A stretch of DNA of 64,000 nt from Planctomycetota bacterium (GTDB taxonomy: Bacteria; Planctomycetota; PLA2; JAEUHO01), in the NCBI GenBank assembly GCA_050248855.1, contig JBFWRP010000009.1, positions 32,001-96,000 of the forward strand, in the 5' to 3' direction. Below, piece by piece: positions 51,350-59,873 of the stretch; position 1 is the stretch's first letter; each line of letters begins with the position of its first letter. The notes under the pieces were generated by a model. That model was not told where the DNA came from. It searched no databases and was given only the letters and a program-made list of their open reading frames with translations. Made by a program: the position numbers and the translations under genes.

Positions 51350-53182
51350 ATGTCCCGCCGGCCTCTCGACCACATCCGGAACTTCGCCATCGTGGCGCAC
51401 ATCGACCACGGCAAGTCCACGCTGGCGGACCGCCTCCTGGAGGTCAGCGGCCTCGTGGAGCGGGGCGTCGAGCGCACCCAGCTCCTCGATGACCTGGACC
51501 TGGAGCGCGAGCGCGGCATCACGATCAAGGCCCGCGCCGTGCGGCTGCCCTACGAACGCCACGGCAAGAAGTACATCCTCAACCTGATCGACACGCCCGG
51601 GCACGTGGACTTCACGTACGAGGTCAGCCGCTCGTTGGCCGCTTGCGAGGGCGCCCTCCTCCTCGTCGACGCCACCCAAGGGGTCGAAGCGCAGACGGTC
51701 GCCAACGCCTATCTGGCCGTGGAGGGCGGCCTCGAGCTGATCCCCGTCCTGAACAAGGTCGACATGCAGGGGGCCCGCCCCGACGAGGTGGCGGAAGAGA
51801 TCGAGACCGTGCTGGGCATCGACGCCAGCGATGCGGTGCGCTGCAGCGCCAAGACGGGCGTCGGCGTGCCCGAGGTGCTCGACCGGATCCTCGACCGCAT
51901 CCCGCCGCCGATCGGCGACCCGGAGGCGCCGCTCAAGGCCCTGCTCTTCGACGCCGTCTACGACACCTACCGCGGCGTGATCGTGTACGTCCGCTTGATC
52001 GACGGATCGCTCCAGGCCGGCCAGACGGTGCGCTTCTACAAGGCGGGCGCGCTCCACGAGGTGACCGAGGTCGGCGTGCTGTCGCCCAACCGCCTCCGGG
52101 TCGACGCCCTCTACGCGGGCGAATCGGGCTACCTGGTGGCCAGCATCAAGAGCCTCGGCGACGTCAAGATCGGCGACACGGTGACGACGCACCCGCCGCC
52201 TCCCGGCCTCGTGCCGCTGCCCGGCTACAAGGAGCCGCGGCCGATGGTGTACTGCGGGCTGTACCCGACGTACCCCAAGGACTTCGAACAGCTGCGCAAG
52301 GCCCTGCAGACGCTGCAGCTCAACGACGCCTCGTTCACGTTCATCCCCGAGACGTCCGAGGCCCTGGGCTTCGGCTTCCGCTGCGGCTTCCTGGGCCTCC
52401 TGCACATGGAGATCGTGCAGGAGCGCCTGGAGCGCGACAGCGACATCGACCTCGTCCAGACGGCCCCCAACGTCACGTACGAGGTGCTCAAGACCGACGG
52501 CGAGATCGTGCGCGTCGAGAAGCCCAGCGACGTGCCGGACGGCAACTACGTCGAGGAGTTCCGCGAGCCCATTGCCCGTTGCAGCATGATCCTGCCGCAG
52601 GAATCGATCGGCGCCATGATGCAGCTCAGCACCGAGCGCCGCGGGGTCTACATCGAGACGCAGTACCTGTCGCCCACGCGCGTGATGCTCGTGTTCGACA
52701 TCCCCCTCCAGGAGATCGTCTTCGACTTCTACGACAAGCTGAAGTCGGCCACGCGGGGCTACGGCACGCTGGACTACGAGGTGCGGGGCTACCAGGCCGG
52801 TGACCTCGTACGACTGAGGATCCTCGTCAACGGATCCGAGGTCGACGCGCTCTCGCTGATCTGCCACCGCGACACCGCCGGCAACCGCGGGCGCAAGGTC
52901 TTGAAGCGCCTGCAGAAGACGATTCCGCGCCACTTGTTCCAGGTCCCGCTGCAGGCCGCGGTCGGCGGCAAGGTCGTGGCGCGCGAGAACATCAGCGCGC
53001 TGCGCAAGGACGTCACGGCCAAGTGCTACGGCGGCGACATTACCCGCAAGCGCAAGCTGCTGGAGAAGCAGAAGGAAGGCAAGAAGCGCATGAAGCTCGT
53101 CGGCAACGTCGAGATCCCGCAGAAGGCCTTCCTGGCCGTGCTGGGCGGCGACGACGAGGACGACCGCAAGGGCCGCAAGTGA
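51350..53182 (+). CDS. lepA: Elongation factor 4
   Basis: IRNF.I.AHIDHGKSTLADR, DTPGHVDF, KCYGGDITRKRKLLEKQK. Confidence 0.98.
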   Translation: MSRRPLDHIRNFAIVAHIDHGKSTLADRLLEVSGLVERGVERTQLLDDLDLERERGITIKARAVRLPYERHGKKYILNLIDTPGHVDFTYEVSRSLAACEGALLLVDATQGVEAQTVANAYLAVEGGLELIPVLNKVDMQGARPDEVAEEIETVLGIDASDAVRCSAKTGVGVPEVLDRILDRIPPPIGDPEAPLKALLFDAVYDTYRGVIVYVRLIDGSLQAGQTVRFYKAGALHEVTEVGVLSPNRLRVDALYAGESGYLVASIKSLGDVKIGDTVTTHPPPPGLVPLPGYKEPRPMVYCGLYPTYPKDFEQLRKALQTLQLNDASFTFIPETSEALGFGFRCGFLGLLHMEIVQERLERDSDIDLVQTAPNVTYEVLKTDGEIVRVEKPSDVPDGNYVEEFREPIARCSMILPQESIGAMMQLSTERRGVYIETQYLSPTRVMLVFDIPLQEIVFDFYDKLKSATRGYGTLDYEVRGYQAGDLVRLRILVNGSEVDALSLICHRDTAGNRGRKVLKRLQKTIPRHLFQVPLQAAVGGKVVARENISALRKDVTAKCYGGDITRKRKLLEKQKEGKKRMKLVGNVEIPQKAFLAVLGGDDEDDRKGRK

Positions 53183-54684
53183 GCGAAGACGGCGATCAAG
53201 GGCCGCCCGCCCGCCGCGCCGCGCACGCCGTGCGCGACCACGCCGAGGCGATCCTGATCGCCCTCGTGATGGCCCTGGTCCTCAAGCAGTTCTGCGTCGA
53301 GGCGTTCACGATCCCGACCAGCTCGATGCACCCCACGCTGATCGGCGAGAACCAGGCCCCTGACGGCGTGGGCGATCGCATTCTCGTCGACAAGTTCGCC
53401 AACTGGCTGCGCGACCCGCGGCGTTGGGAGATCTGGGTCTTCCGCTTCCCGCTCGACCGCTCGCGCAACTTCATCAAGCGGGTGGTGGGCCTCCCGGGCG
53501 ATCACCTCAAGATCGGCAGCGAAGACGGGGACATCTGGGTCGCCAAGAGCGCCGACGCTCCCTACGAGATCGCCCGCAAGCCGCGACGCGTGCGCGAGTC
53601 GCTGTACCGGCCCGTGTATCCCCCCGACGCCGCCGGCGAGCGCGACAAGGAGATGTCGTTTGACGGCGGGAGCGAGGGCCTGGGGATCGCCAGCCGCTGG
53701 TTCCGCGTCGAGGGCGATGCTCCGGACGCGTTCCGCCTGGACGCCCTGGATCGCTTCGAGTATCGCGGCGGCACGACGGCCACGTTGGTCGCCAGGAACC
53801 CGATCCTCACGTCGACCGATCCGGACACGTGGAACCAGTCCTGGCGCAATGGGACGCCGGCCCGCGACATCCGCGTGCGGGCGCGCCTGGTGCCCACGCA
53901 GGACCGCGAATCCACGGTGCCCCCGAGCGAGGTCCGGATCGCCTGGCGACCCGATGGCTACTACGAGTACCGGCTCACGCTCGGCTCCACGCCAGGCAGC
54001 TCCACGGCCCGCATCCTGGTCGAGGACGCGGTGCTCCGCGAGGTCCGGTTGGATGCCGTGTGGGACGGTCGACACGCTCGTACGGTCGAGCTGGAGGCGG
54101 TCGACGGCGACCTGCGTGTGCACGTGGACGGCCGCGAGCTGGCCGTGCTGCCCGACGGCCGTCCCTTCCGGCGCCGTCACGCCCAGGTGGCACAGCGCTT
54201 GGCCATCCAGGCCACGGGCACGCCGTTCGCGCTGGCAGGCCTGCACATCGACCGCGACATCGCCTACCAAAGCTCGTGGTCGCCCCGGGGCTCGGGCGCC
54301 GAAGACGGCGTGGCGCTTCCCGCTGGCCAGTACCTGATGATCGGCGACAACCAAGGCGACGTCGGCAACCGCAGCGAAGGCAGCTACGACGGACGCAAGT
54401 GGGAGCTCACGACCGTCACGCTGCGCGACGGCACCGTGATCCGGTACGACGAGAACAAGCCTCTCGACCGGGAGGGAGACCCCGAGACGGGTGAGACGTG
54501 GTACGTGGTCTCGGATGCCGACGGCGTGGAGCGCCGCTGGCGTCCCCAGGACGAGGACCCCGACGTCCCGGAGACGACGGACTGGACGCCCTTCGTGGGG
54601 CGGGAGCTGTTCGTAGGCCGCGCGTTCCTGGTGTTCTGGCCTGCGTGGCCGGATCCGCCGGGGCGGTTCCGGCGGGTGCGCTGA
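53179..54684 (+). CDS. lepB: Signal peptidase I with large internal insertions
   Basis: IPTSSMHPTL, GDRILVDK, FIKRVVGLPGD, GDN...S.DGR, VGRAFLVFWP. Confidence 0.9.
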   Translation: MSEDGDQGPPARRAAHAVRDHAEAILIALVMALVLKQFCVEAFTIPTSSMHPTLIGENQAPDGVGDRILVDKFANWLRDPRRWEIWVFRFPLDRSRNFIKRVVGLPGDHLKIGSEDGDIWVAKSADAPYEIARKPRRVRESLYRPVYPPDAAGERDKEMSFDGGSEGLGIASRWFRVEGDAPDAFRLDALDRFEYRGGTTATLVARNPILTSTDPDTWNQSWRNGTPARDIRVRARLVPTQDRESTVPPSEVRIAWRPDGYYEYRLTLGSTPGSSTARILVEDAVLREVRLDAVWDGRHARTVELEAVDGDLRVHVDGRELAVLPDGRPFRRRHAQVAQRLAIQATGTPFALAGLHIDRDIAYQSSWSPRGSGAEDGVALPAGQYLMIGDNQGDVGNRSEGSYDGRKWELTTVTLRDGTVIRYDENKPLDREGDPETGETWYVVSDADGVERRWRPQDEDPDVPETTDWTPFVGRELFVGRAFLVFWPAWPDPPGRFRRVR

Positions 54685-55427
54685 TGCCGCTGCTGGAAGC
54701 GCGCCAGCTCGTCAAGAGCTACCGCAAGCGACGTGTGGTCGACGAGGTCGCCCTGCAGGTGGACCCCTCGGAGATCGTCGGGCTGCTCGGCCCCAACGGC
54801 GCGGGCAAGACGACGTCCTTCCGCATGGTGGTGGGCATGGTGCGGCCCGACGCGGGCGAGGTGCGTTTCGAAGACCGCGACATCACGCACTTGCCCATCT
54901 ACAAGCGGGCGCGCCGCGGGATCGCGTACCTGCCGCAGGAGCCCAGCGTCTTCCGGCGCCTGGGCACGCGCGACAACCTGCTCGCCTTGCTCGAGACGCT
55001 GCCGATCTCGCGAGCCGAGCGCAAGCGACGCGCGGACGCATTGCTCGACGACCTCGAGCTGACGAGGGTCGCCCGCAGCCGTGCGGAGGTGCTGTCGGGT
55101 GGCGAGCGGCGGCGCCTGGAGCTCGCGCGCGCGCTGGTCCACGACCCCGCGATCCTCTTGCTCGACGAGCCGTTCGCGGGCGTGGACCCGATCACGGTGC
55201 AGGAGATCCAGAAGATCCTGCGCCAGCTGCGCGAGTCCAAGGGCATCGCGATCCTGCTCACCGACCACAACGTGCGCGAGACCCTGGCCATCACCGACCG
55301 CAGCTACATCATCGCCGGCGGCCGGATTCTCCGCGCAGGCCGCCCGGCCGAGCTCGTCGAGGACGAGGTCGTCCGCCGCACGTACTTGGGCCAGAATTTC
55401 TACATGCAGCTGGAAAATGGTCGGTAG
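54684..55427 (+). CDS. lptB: LPS export ABC ATP-binding protein
   Basis: GLLGPNGAGKTT.F, YLPQEPSVF, LSGGERRR, DEPFAGVDPI, TDHNVRETL. Confidence 0.95.
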   Translation: MPLLEARQLVKSYRKRRVVDEVALQVDPSEIVGLLGPNGAGKTTSFRMVVGMVRPDAGEVRFEDRDITHLPIYKRARRGIAYLPQEPSVFRRLGTRDNLLALLETLPISRAERKRRADALLDDLELTRVARSRAEVLSGGERRRLELARALVHDPAILLLDEPFAGVDPITVQEIQKILRQLRESKGIAILLTDHNVRETLAITDRSYIIAGGRILRAGRPAELVEDEVVRRTYLGQNFYMQLENGR

Positions 55428-55444
55428 CGGCCCCTCCCGTCGCG

Positions 55445-55551
55445 CGTGCTGCTCGCCAGATGCTCGGCCGCGCACCCCCATCGGCTCCTCGAGTGAACAG
55501 ACCACGAGTCGTCGCCGATGGGGGCACGCTGCCGTCGCCCTGACGAGCCGG
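55445..55551. repeat. Dispersed structured intergenic element, copy 2
   Basis: Aligns to 49687-49793. Identical core at 55479-55520. Confidence 0.9.
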
Positions 55552-55771
55552 CGGCGCGCGAGCGTGGCCTGATCCCACCGGCGCGAGACGTAACGCGGCT
55601 CGCCAAGCGACCATTCTTCCGGTGGGATCCGGGGACCAGTTCCGGACCTCAGGCTGGCAGTTCCGCGCTCCGTAGGGCGCTCCCCCGGCCAGCGCGGGGG
55701 ATCCGCTCCGGGGGGCGCGGAGGGGCCCGTATCCTGCCGCCCTCCGAGCGGGCTGCACCGAGGAGGGCCGC

Positions 55772-56521
55772 ATGAAGATCGTCGTCTGCATGAAGCGCGT
55801 CGTGGACACGGAGACGCGCGTCAAGATCGCCCCCGACGGCCGCAGCATCGACCTCGCGGGCGTGCAGTTCATCACGGCGCCCTACGACGAGATGGCGGTC
55901 GAGAAGGCCATCCGGCTGCGCGACGGCGCGGGATCGGGTGAGGTCGTCGTCGTGACCGTCGGCCCCGAAGCCGCCACGAAGGAGCTGCGGACGGCGCTCG
56001 CGATGGGCGCGGACCGTGCGCTGCACGTGGTCGACGAAGGCGCGCGCGATGCCTCCTCCACGGCGGCTGCGCTGGCGGCAGCCCTCGAGGGCCTCGGCGC
56101 CGACATCGTGCTCTGCGGCAAGCAGGCGACCGACGAGGACGATGCTGCCGTGGGGCCCATGCTCGCCGCACGGCTGGGCCTTCCGTGCGTGGCGTTCGTC
56201 GACGGCCTCGAGGTCGACGGGAGCACGGCGAAGGCACGTCGCGAGATCGATGGCGAGGTCGAGCATCTCGTGGTGACGCTGCCCGCCGTGTTCACCGCGC
56301 AGAAGGGCCTGGCCGAGGCTCGCTATCCGGGGCTCAAGGGCATCATGGCCGCCAAGAAGAAGCCGCTCGACAACGTGCCGCCGGCCCCGTCGCCGTCGCT
56401 CGTCGAGACCACGGCGCTCGAGCTGCCCCCCGCACGCGGGGCCATGGTGGCGATCGAGCCGACGGCCGCGGGCATGCAGCAGCTGCTGACCGCGCTCCGC
56501 AACGACAAGAAGGTGATCTGA
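55772..56521 (+). CDS. etfB: Electron transfer flavoprotein beta subunit
   Basis: MKIVVCMKRV.D, ALAMGAD, CGKQA.D, RYP.LKGIMAAKKKP. Confidence 0.95.
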   Translation: MKIVVCMKRVVDTETRVKIAPDGRSIDLAGVQFITAPYDEMAVEKAIRLRDGAGSGEVVVVTVGPEAATKELRTALAMGADRALHVVDEGARDASSTAAALAAALEGLGADIVLCGKQATDEDDAAVGPMLAARLGLPCVAFVDGLEVDGSTAKARREIDGEVEHLVVTLPAVFTAQKGLAEARYPGLKGIMAAKKKPLDNVPPAPSPSLVETTALELPPARGAMVAIEPTAAGMQQLLTALRNDKKVI

Positions 56522-56523
56522 CC

Positions 56524-57486
56524 ATGGCCAACGACGTCCTCCTGCATGTCGAGTCCGCCCACGGCGCGCTCAAGAAGTCGGCGCTGGAGATCGCGACCGC
56601 CGGCCGCCGGCTCGCCGACCAGCTCGGCGGCCGCGTGGTCGCCCTCGTGCCCGGATCGGGCGTCGACACCGCACCGCTGGCTGCGCATGGCGTGGACGAG
56701 GTGCTGACCGTCGAGGGCCAGGCCTTCGACCGCTACACGCTCGAGGCGCACGGCGCGGCCTTGCTCGCCGCGGCGCAGCAGGTGGCACCGCGAGCGATCC
56801 TGCTGGCCGCGTCCGTGGCGGGCAAGGAGCTCGGCGCCTGGGCGGCTGCGCGCTTGGAGCGCGGCCTCGTGGCCGATGCGATCGACGTGCACGCCGACGG
56901 CGACGCCCTCGTGGCGCGGAAGCCGAAGTACGCGGGCAAGGCGCGTGCGACGTTGCGCGTGGCTGGGCCCGCCGTGGTGAGCGTGCGCCCCAACGCGGTC
57001 GCGCCCGAGCCGTCCCCGAAGGCCGGCGAGCGCAGCACCCTGGCCGTCGCGCCTCCCGACGCGCGCGTCCGGGTCGAGAGCGTCGAGGCGCCGGGTACCA
57101 AGCAGATCGAGCTGACCGAGGCCGACGTCATCGTGTCCGGCGGCCGCGGCATGGGCGGTCCGGAGCACTGGCACCTGATCCTCGACCTCGCCGCGGCCCT
57201 GGGGGCGGCGCACGGTGCGTCGCGCGCGGTGTGCGATGCCGGTTGGCGTCCGCACGCCGAGCAGGTGGGGCAGACGGGCAAGACCGTCGCGCCGAAGCTG
57301 TACGTGGCGTGCGGCATCAGCGGAGCCATCCAGCACTTGGCGGGGATGAGCAGCAGCAAGGTGATCGTCGCGGTCAACAAGGACCCCGAGGCGCCCATCT
57401 TCAAGGTGGCTGACTACGGCATCGTCGGCGACGCCCACCAGGTCCTGCCGCTGTTGACCGACGCCGCCCGTACGTTCCGCGCCTAG
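56524..57486 (+). CDS. etfA: Electron transfer flavoprotein alpha subunit
   Basis: VSGGRG, GASRA..DAGW, QVGQTGK.V.P.LY.A.GISGAIQH.AGM. Confidence 0.95.
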   Translation: MANDVLLHVESAHGALKKSALEIATAGRRLADQLGGRVVALVPGSGVDTAPLAAHGVDEVLTVEGQAFDRYTLEAHGAALLAAAQQVAPRAILLAASVAGKELGAWAAARLERGLVADAIDVHADGDALVARKPKYAGKARATLRVAGPAVVSVRPNAVAPEPSPKAGERSTLAVAPPDARVRVESVEAPGTKQIELTEADVIVSGGRGMGGPEHWHLILDLAAALGAAHGASRAVCDAGWRPHAEQVGQTGKTVAPKLYVACGISGAIQHLAGMSSSKVIVAVNKDPEAPIFKVADYGIVGDAHQVLPLLTDAARTFRA

Positions 57487-57508
57487 CCGCGAGGTACCCT
57501 GGGGTCTC

Positions 57509-57895
57509 GTGCAAGAGGATGCCCCCCGAACGCGCCGGCCCAGCGGCGACCCGCGGCCGCTGGCGCTCGAGATGCTCCGCCGCAACCGCCTGCTGCAGGC
57601 GGCCATGGTGGCTGCGCTCGTCAGCTACGGCGGCGTCGTCGCCCTGCTGCTCTGGAGAGGGCCCGAAGGCCCTCGGCTCGAGGCCGGCATGGCCGCCTGG
57701 CTCGTGGGCCTGAGCTTGGCCACCTGGAGCCTGCTGTTCTGGTGGCTGCCGGTGCTCGACCGCACGGGACGGGCGCTCGAGGCCCGCGGTTCGGGCTCCG
57801 GCCTCGTGCGAATGATGGAGGTCGTGGCCACGGCGTGCATCGTGATCGTGCACGCCCTCTTCCTGGCCATCGTCGTGCTTCGGGCTGCGCAATGA
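57509..57895 (+). CDS. Small membrane protein (about 3 TM)
   Basis: Three hydrophobic segments. Overlaps the next start. Confidence 0.6.
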   Translation: MQEDAPRTRRPSGDPRPLALEMLRRNRLLQAAMVAALVSYGGVVALLLWRGPEGPRLEAGMAAWLVGLSLATWSLLFWWLPVLDRTGRALEARGSGSGLVRMMEVVATACIVIVHALFLAIVVLRAAQ

Positions 57896-59001
57896 CATCG
57901 AGCTTCGCCATGAGGACGGGCGTCCCGCGGAACCGACTCCTCCTGCTGGGCAGCGTGCTCACGCTGGGACTGCTCGGAGCTGCTTCGCAGGGGACGGCTG
58001 CACCGGACGACCCGTACGCGCCGCCGCCCCCGCCGGCCTACGACGACGAGTGGAGCGCTCCCGAAACCGAGCCGCCCGCGCCCTCGCCGCAGGATCGCTG
58101 GACGACGCCGCCGGAGCAGCTCGGGCCCGACGCGGGCCTGCAGGCGGACGCGACCGGGTCCCCGACCGCGGTCGACGACGCTACGGCGGCGATCGAGGCC
58201 GCGCGGAGCGCAGGCTTCGACATCACGGGCGGCATGACCGGGCCGGGCCCCGCCGAGCCGCGCGAACGCACCCAGACCTTCCCCGGGCGAGGGCGCGCCG
58301 GCGGTGGACAGGCGCTCGGGCCCACGGCGCGCATCTTCGAGGTCACGGTGCGCCATGGCGTGGTCCTCGAAGGCGGTCCGCGGGGCGTCGAGCTGGAGAT
58401 CGCGTTCACGGCGCGGGGTCTGGGCGGCCTGCCGGTCGTGGTCGGCGTCTGGATGCGCGACGCGGCGACCGACCTGCGTCTACCGGCAGCGGCCGTCGGC
58501 TACGCGGACGGGGACGGTCGCCTCACGGCGCAGAGCGTGCGCTTCGTCGTGGAAGCCGAGGGTGCGCGACACCTCGCCACGTTGCGCATCCCCTACGGCG
58601 CGATTCCGCGCCGCCTCGGTGCCCTCACCTACGCCGTCACCCTCGAGGCGCAGGTGCTGGCCGCCAGCAGCGCGGGGCTGGTGCCGCTGGCCACGGGTCG
58701 CCTGCCTGTCACGTTCGCGGGCTCCGCGGGCACCGCGCGCCCGACGTTTGCGCTGCCCGGCGAGCGCCCCGTGAGCGTCGACGTTCCCGCCGACACCGAT
58801 CCCGCTCCTGCGTGCCCGCCGGGCGCACTCGGGGCCGCGCTCCGCGACTTGCAGCTGCCGGCGTTTCCCGCCCCTCGACCCGTGACGCCGCGCATCGCAC
58901 CGCAGCGGACGCCGCCGCCGAGCCCTGCAGCCGCAGAACCGCCCCCCGAGTCCACGCTGCCAACCGAGCTTCCTCCTCCCGTCGTGCGGAAGGTGTCGTA
59001 G
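57892..59001 (+). CDS. Secreted hypothetical protein with Pro-rich flanks and central beta-sandwich
   Basis: Signal peptide and a central beta-rich domain. Confidence 0.6.
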   Translation: MTSSFAMRTGVPRNRLLLLGSVLTLGLLGAASQGTAAPDDPYAPPPPPAYDDEWSAPETEPPAPSPQDRWTTPPEQLGPDAGLQADATGSPTAVDDATAAIEAARSAGFDITGGMTGPGPAEPRERTQTFPGRGRAGGGQALGPTARIFEVTVRHGVVLEGGPRGVELEIAFTARGLGGLPVVVGVWMRDAATDLRLPAAAVGYADGDGRLTAQSVRFVVEAEGARHLATLRIPYGAIPRRLGALTYAVTLEAQVLAASSAGLVPLATGRLPVTFAGSAGTARPTFALPGERPVSVDVPADTDPAPACPPGALGAALRDLQLPAFPAPRPVTPRIAPQRTPPPSPAAAEPPPESTLPTELPPPVVRKVS

Positions 59002-59086
59002 TCGCGCGGAGGTGTCCGTGCCTCGGAGCGACAGCGATTGCGGCACGGTGTCAGACGCCGAAGTGCGACGTCTCCTGGCCGTCGAA

Positions 59087-59171
59087 TCGCGACCCCTGCG
59101 TGTCAGGCACCTTGCCCACGTTGCCGCTTCGCGGCACCGCGGCAAGGGTCCTGACACATCCGGGGTCGCGA
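59087..59171. repeat. Long imperfect hairpin between convergent genes (REP-like and/or bidirectional terminator)
   Basis: Nested pairings TCGCGACCCC/GGGGTCGCGA, TGTCAGG/CCTGACA, CCTTGCC/GGCAAGG and TGCCGC-TTC-GCGGCA. Confidence 0.7.
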
Positions 59172-59189
59172 GCCGCCTCGCTGCGCACC

Positions 59190-59873
59190 TTACGCGCGGA
59201 ACTTGTAGCCAGAGCCTCGCACCGTCTGGATCCAACGTGGGTTGACGGGGTCGTCGCCGAGCTTCTGGCGCAGCTTGTTGATGAAGTTGTCGATGGTGCG
59301 CGGCGTGCCGTCGTAGTCGTAGCCCCAGACCTTGTTGAGGATCTGGTCGCGCGAGAGCACGCGGCCGCGATTCTGGATGAGGTGGCGCAGCAGGTGGAAC
59401 TCGCGGCTACTGAGCTCTTTCGCCTCGCCGCCGACGGTCATCTGCTGACCGGCGAAGTCGATGTGGATGCCGCCCTCGTCGAAGGTCTCGAGCTCGCCAT
59501 CGAACGCGCGCCGGCGGCGGAGCCGGGCCTTGATGCGCGCCGTCAGCTCGCGGACCGAGAAGGGCTTGGTCATGTAGTCGTCGGCGCCCAGCTCCAGCCC
59601 CAGCACCTTGTCGCCCTCGTCGCCCTTGGCCGACAGGATGAGGATGGGCAGCGTCGCGTCGTACTTGCGAACCGTTCGACAGACTTCGAAGCCGTTGACG
59701 CGCGGCAGCATGATGTCGAGCACGATGAGGTCGGGCTTCTTGTCGAAAGCCCGCTGGATCGCCTCCTCGCCATCACGCGCCATGTCCACGGTGAAGCCTT
59801 CGAACTCCAGGCTGCGCTTGAGACCGAGACGGATGGAGGGATCGTCCTCCACGATCAGGATGCGTGCGCTCAT
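59190..59873 (-). CDS. OmpR/PhoB-family response regulator
   Basis: ILIVEDD, LDIMLP, GADDY..KPF, winged helix TVRG.GYKF. Confidence 0.96.
   Translation of the reverse strand: MSARILIVEDDPSIRLGLKRSLEFEGFTVDMARDGEEAIQRAFDKKPDLIVLDIMLPRVNGFEVCRTVRKYDATLPILILSAKGDEGDKVLGLELGADDYMTKPFSVRELTARIKARLRRRRAFDGELETFDEGGIHIDFAGQQMTVGGEAKELSSREFHLLRHLIQNRGRVLSRDQILNKVWGYDYDGTPRTIDNFINKLRQKLGDDPVNPRWIQTVRGSGYKFRA

Noticed and set aside
49687..55551. CRISPR array
   Set aside because: Only two copies 5.8 kb apart, separated by housekeeping genes. No cas genes or regular spacers anywhere in the window.
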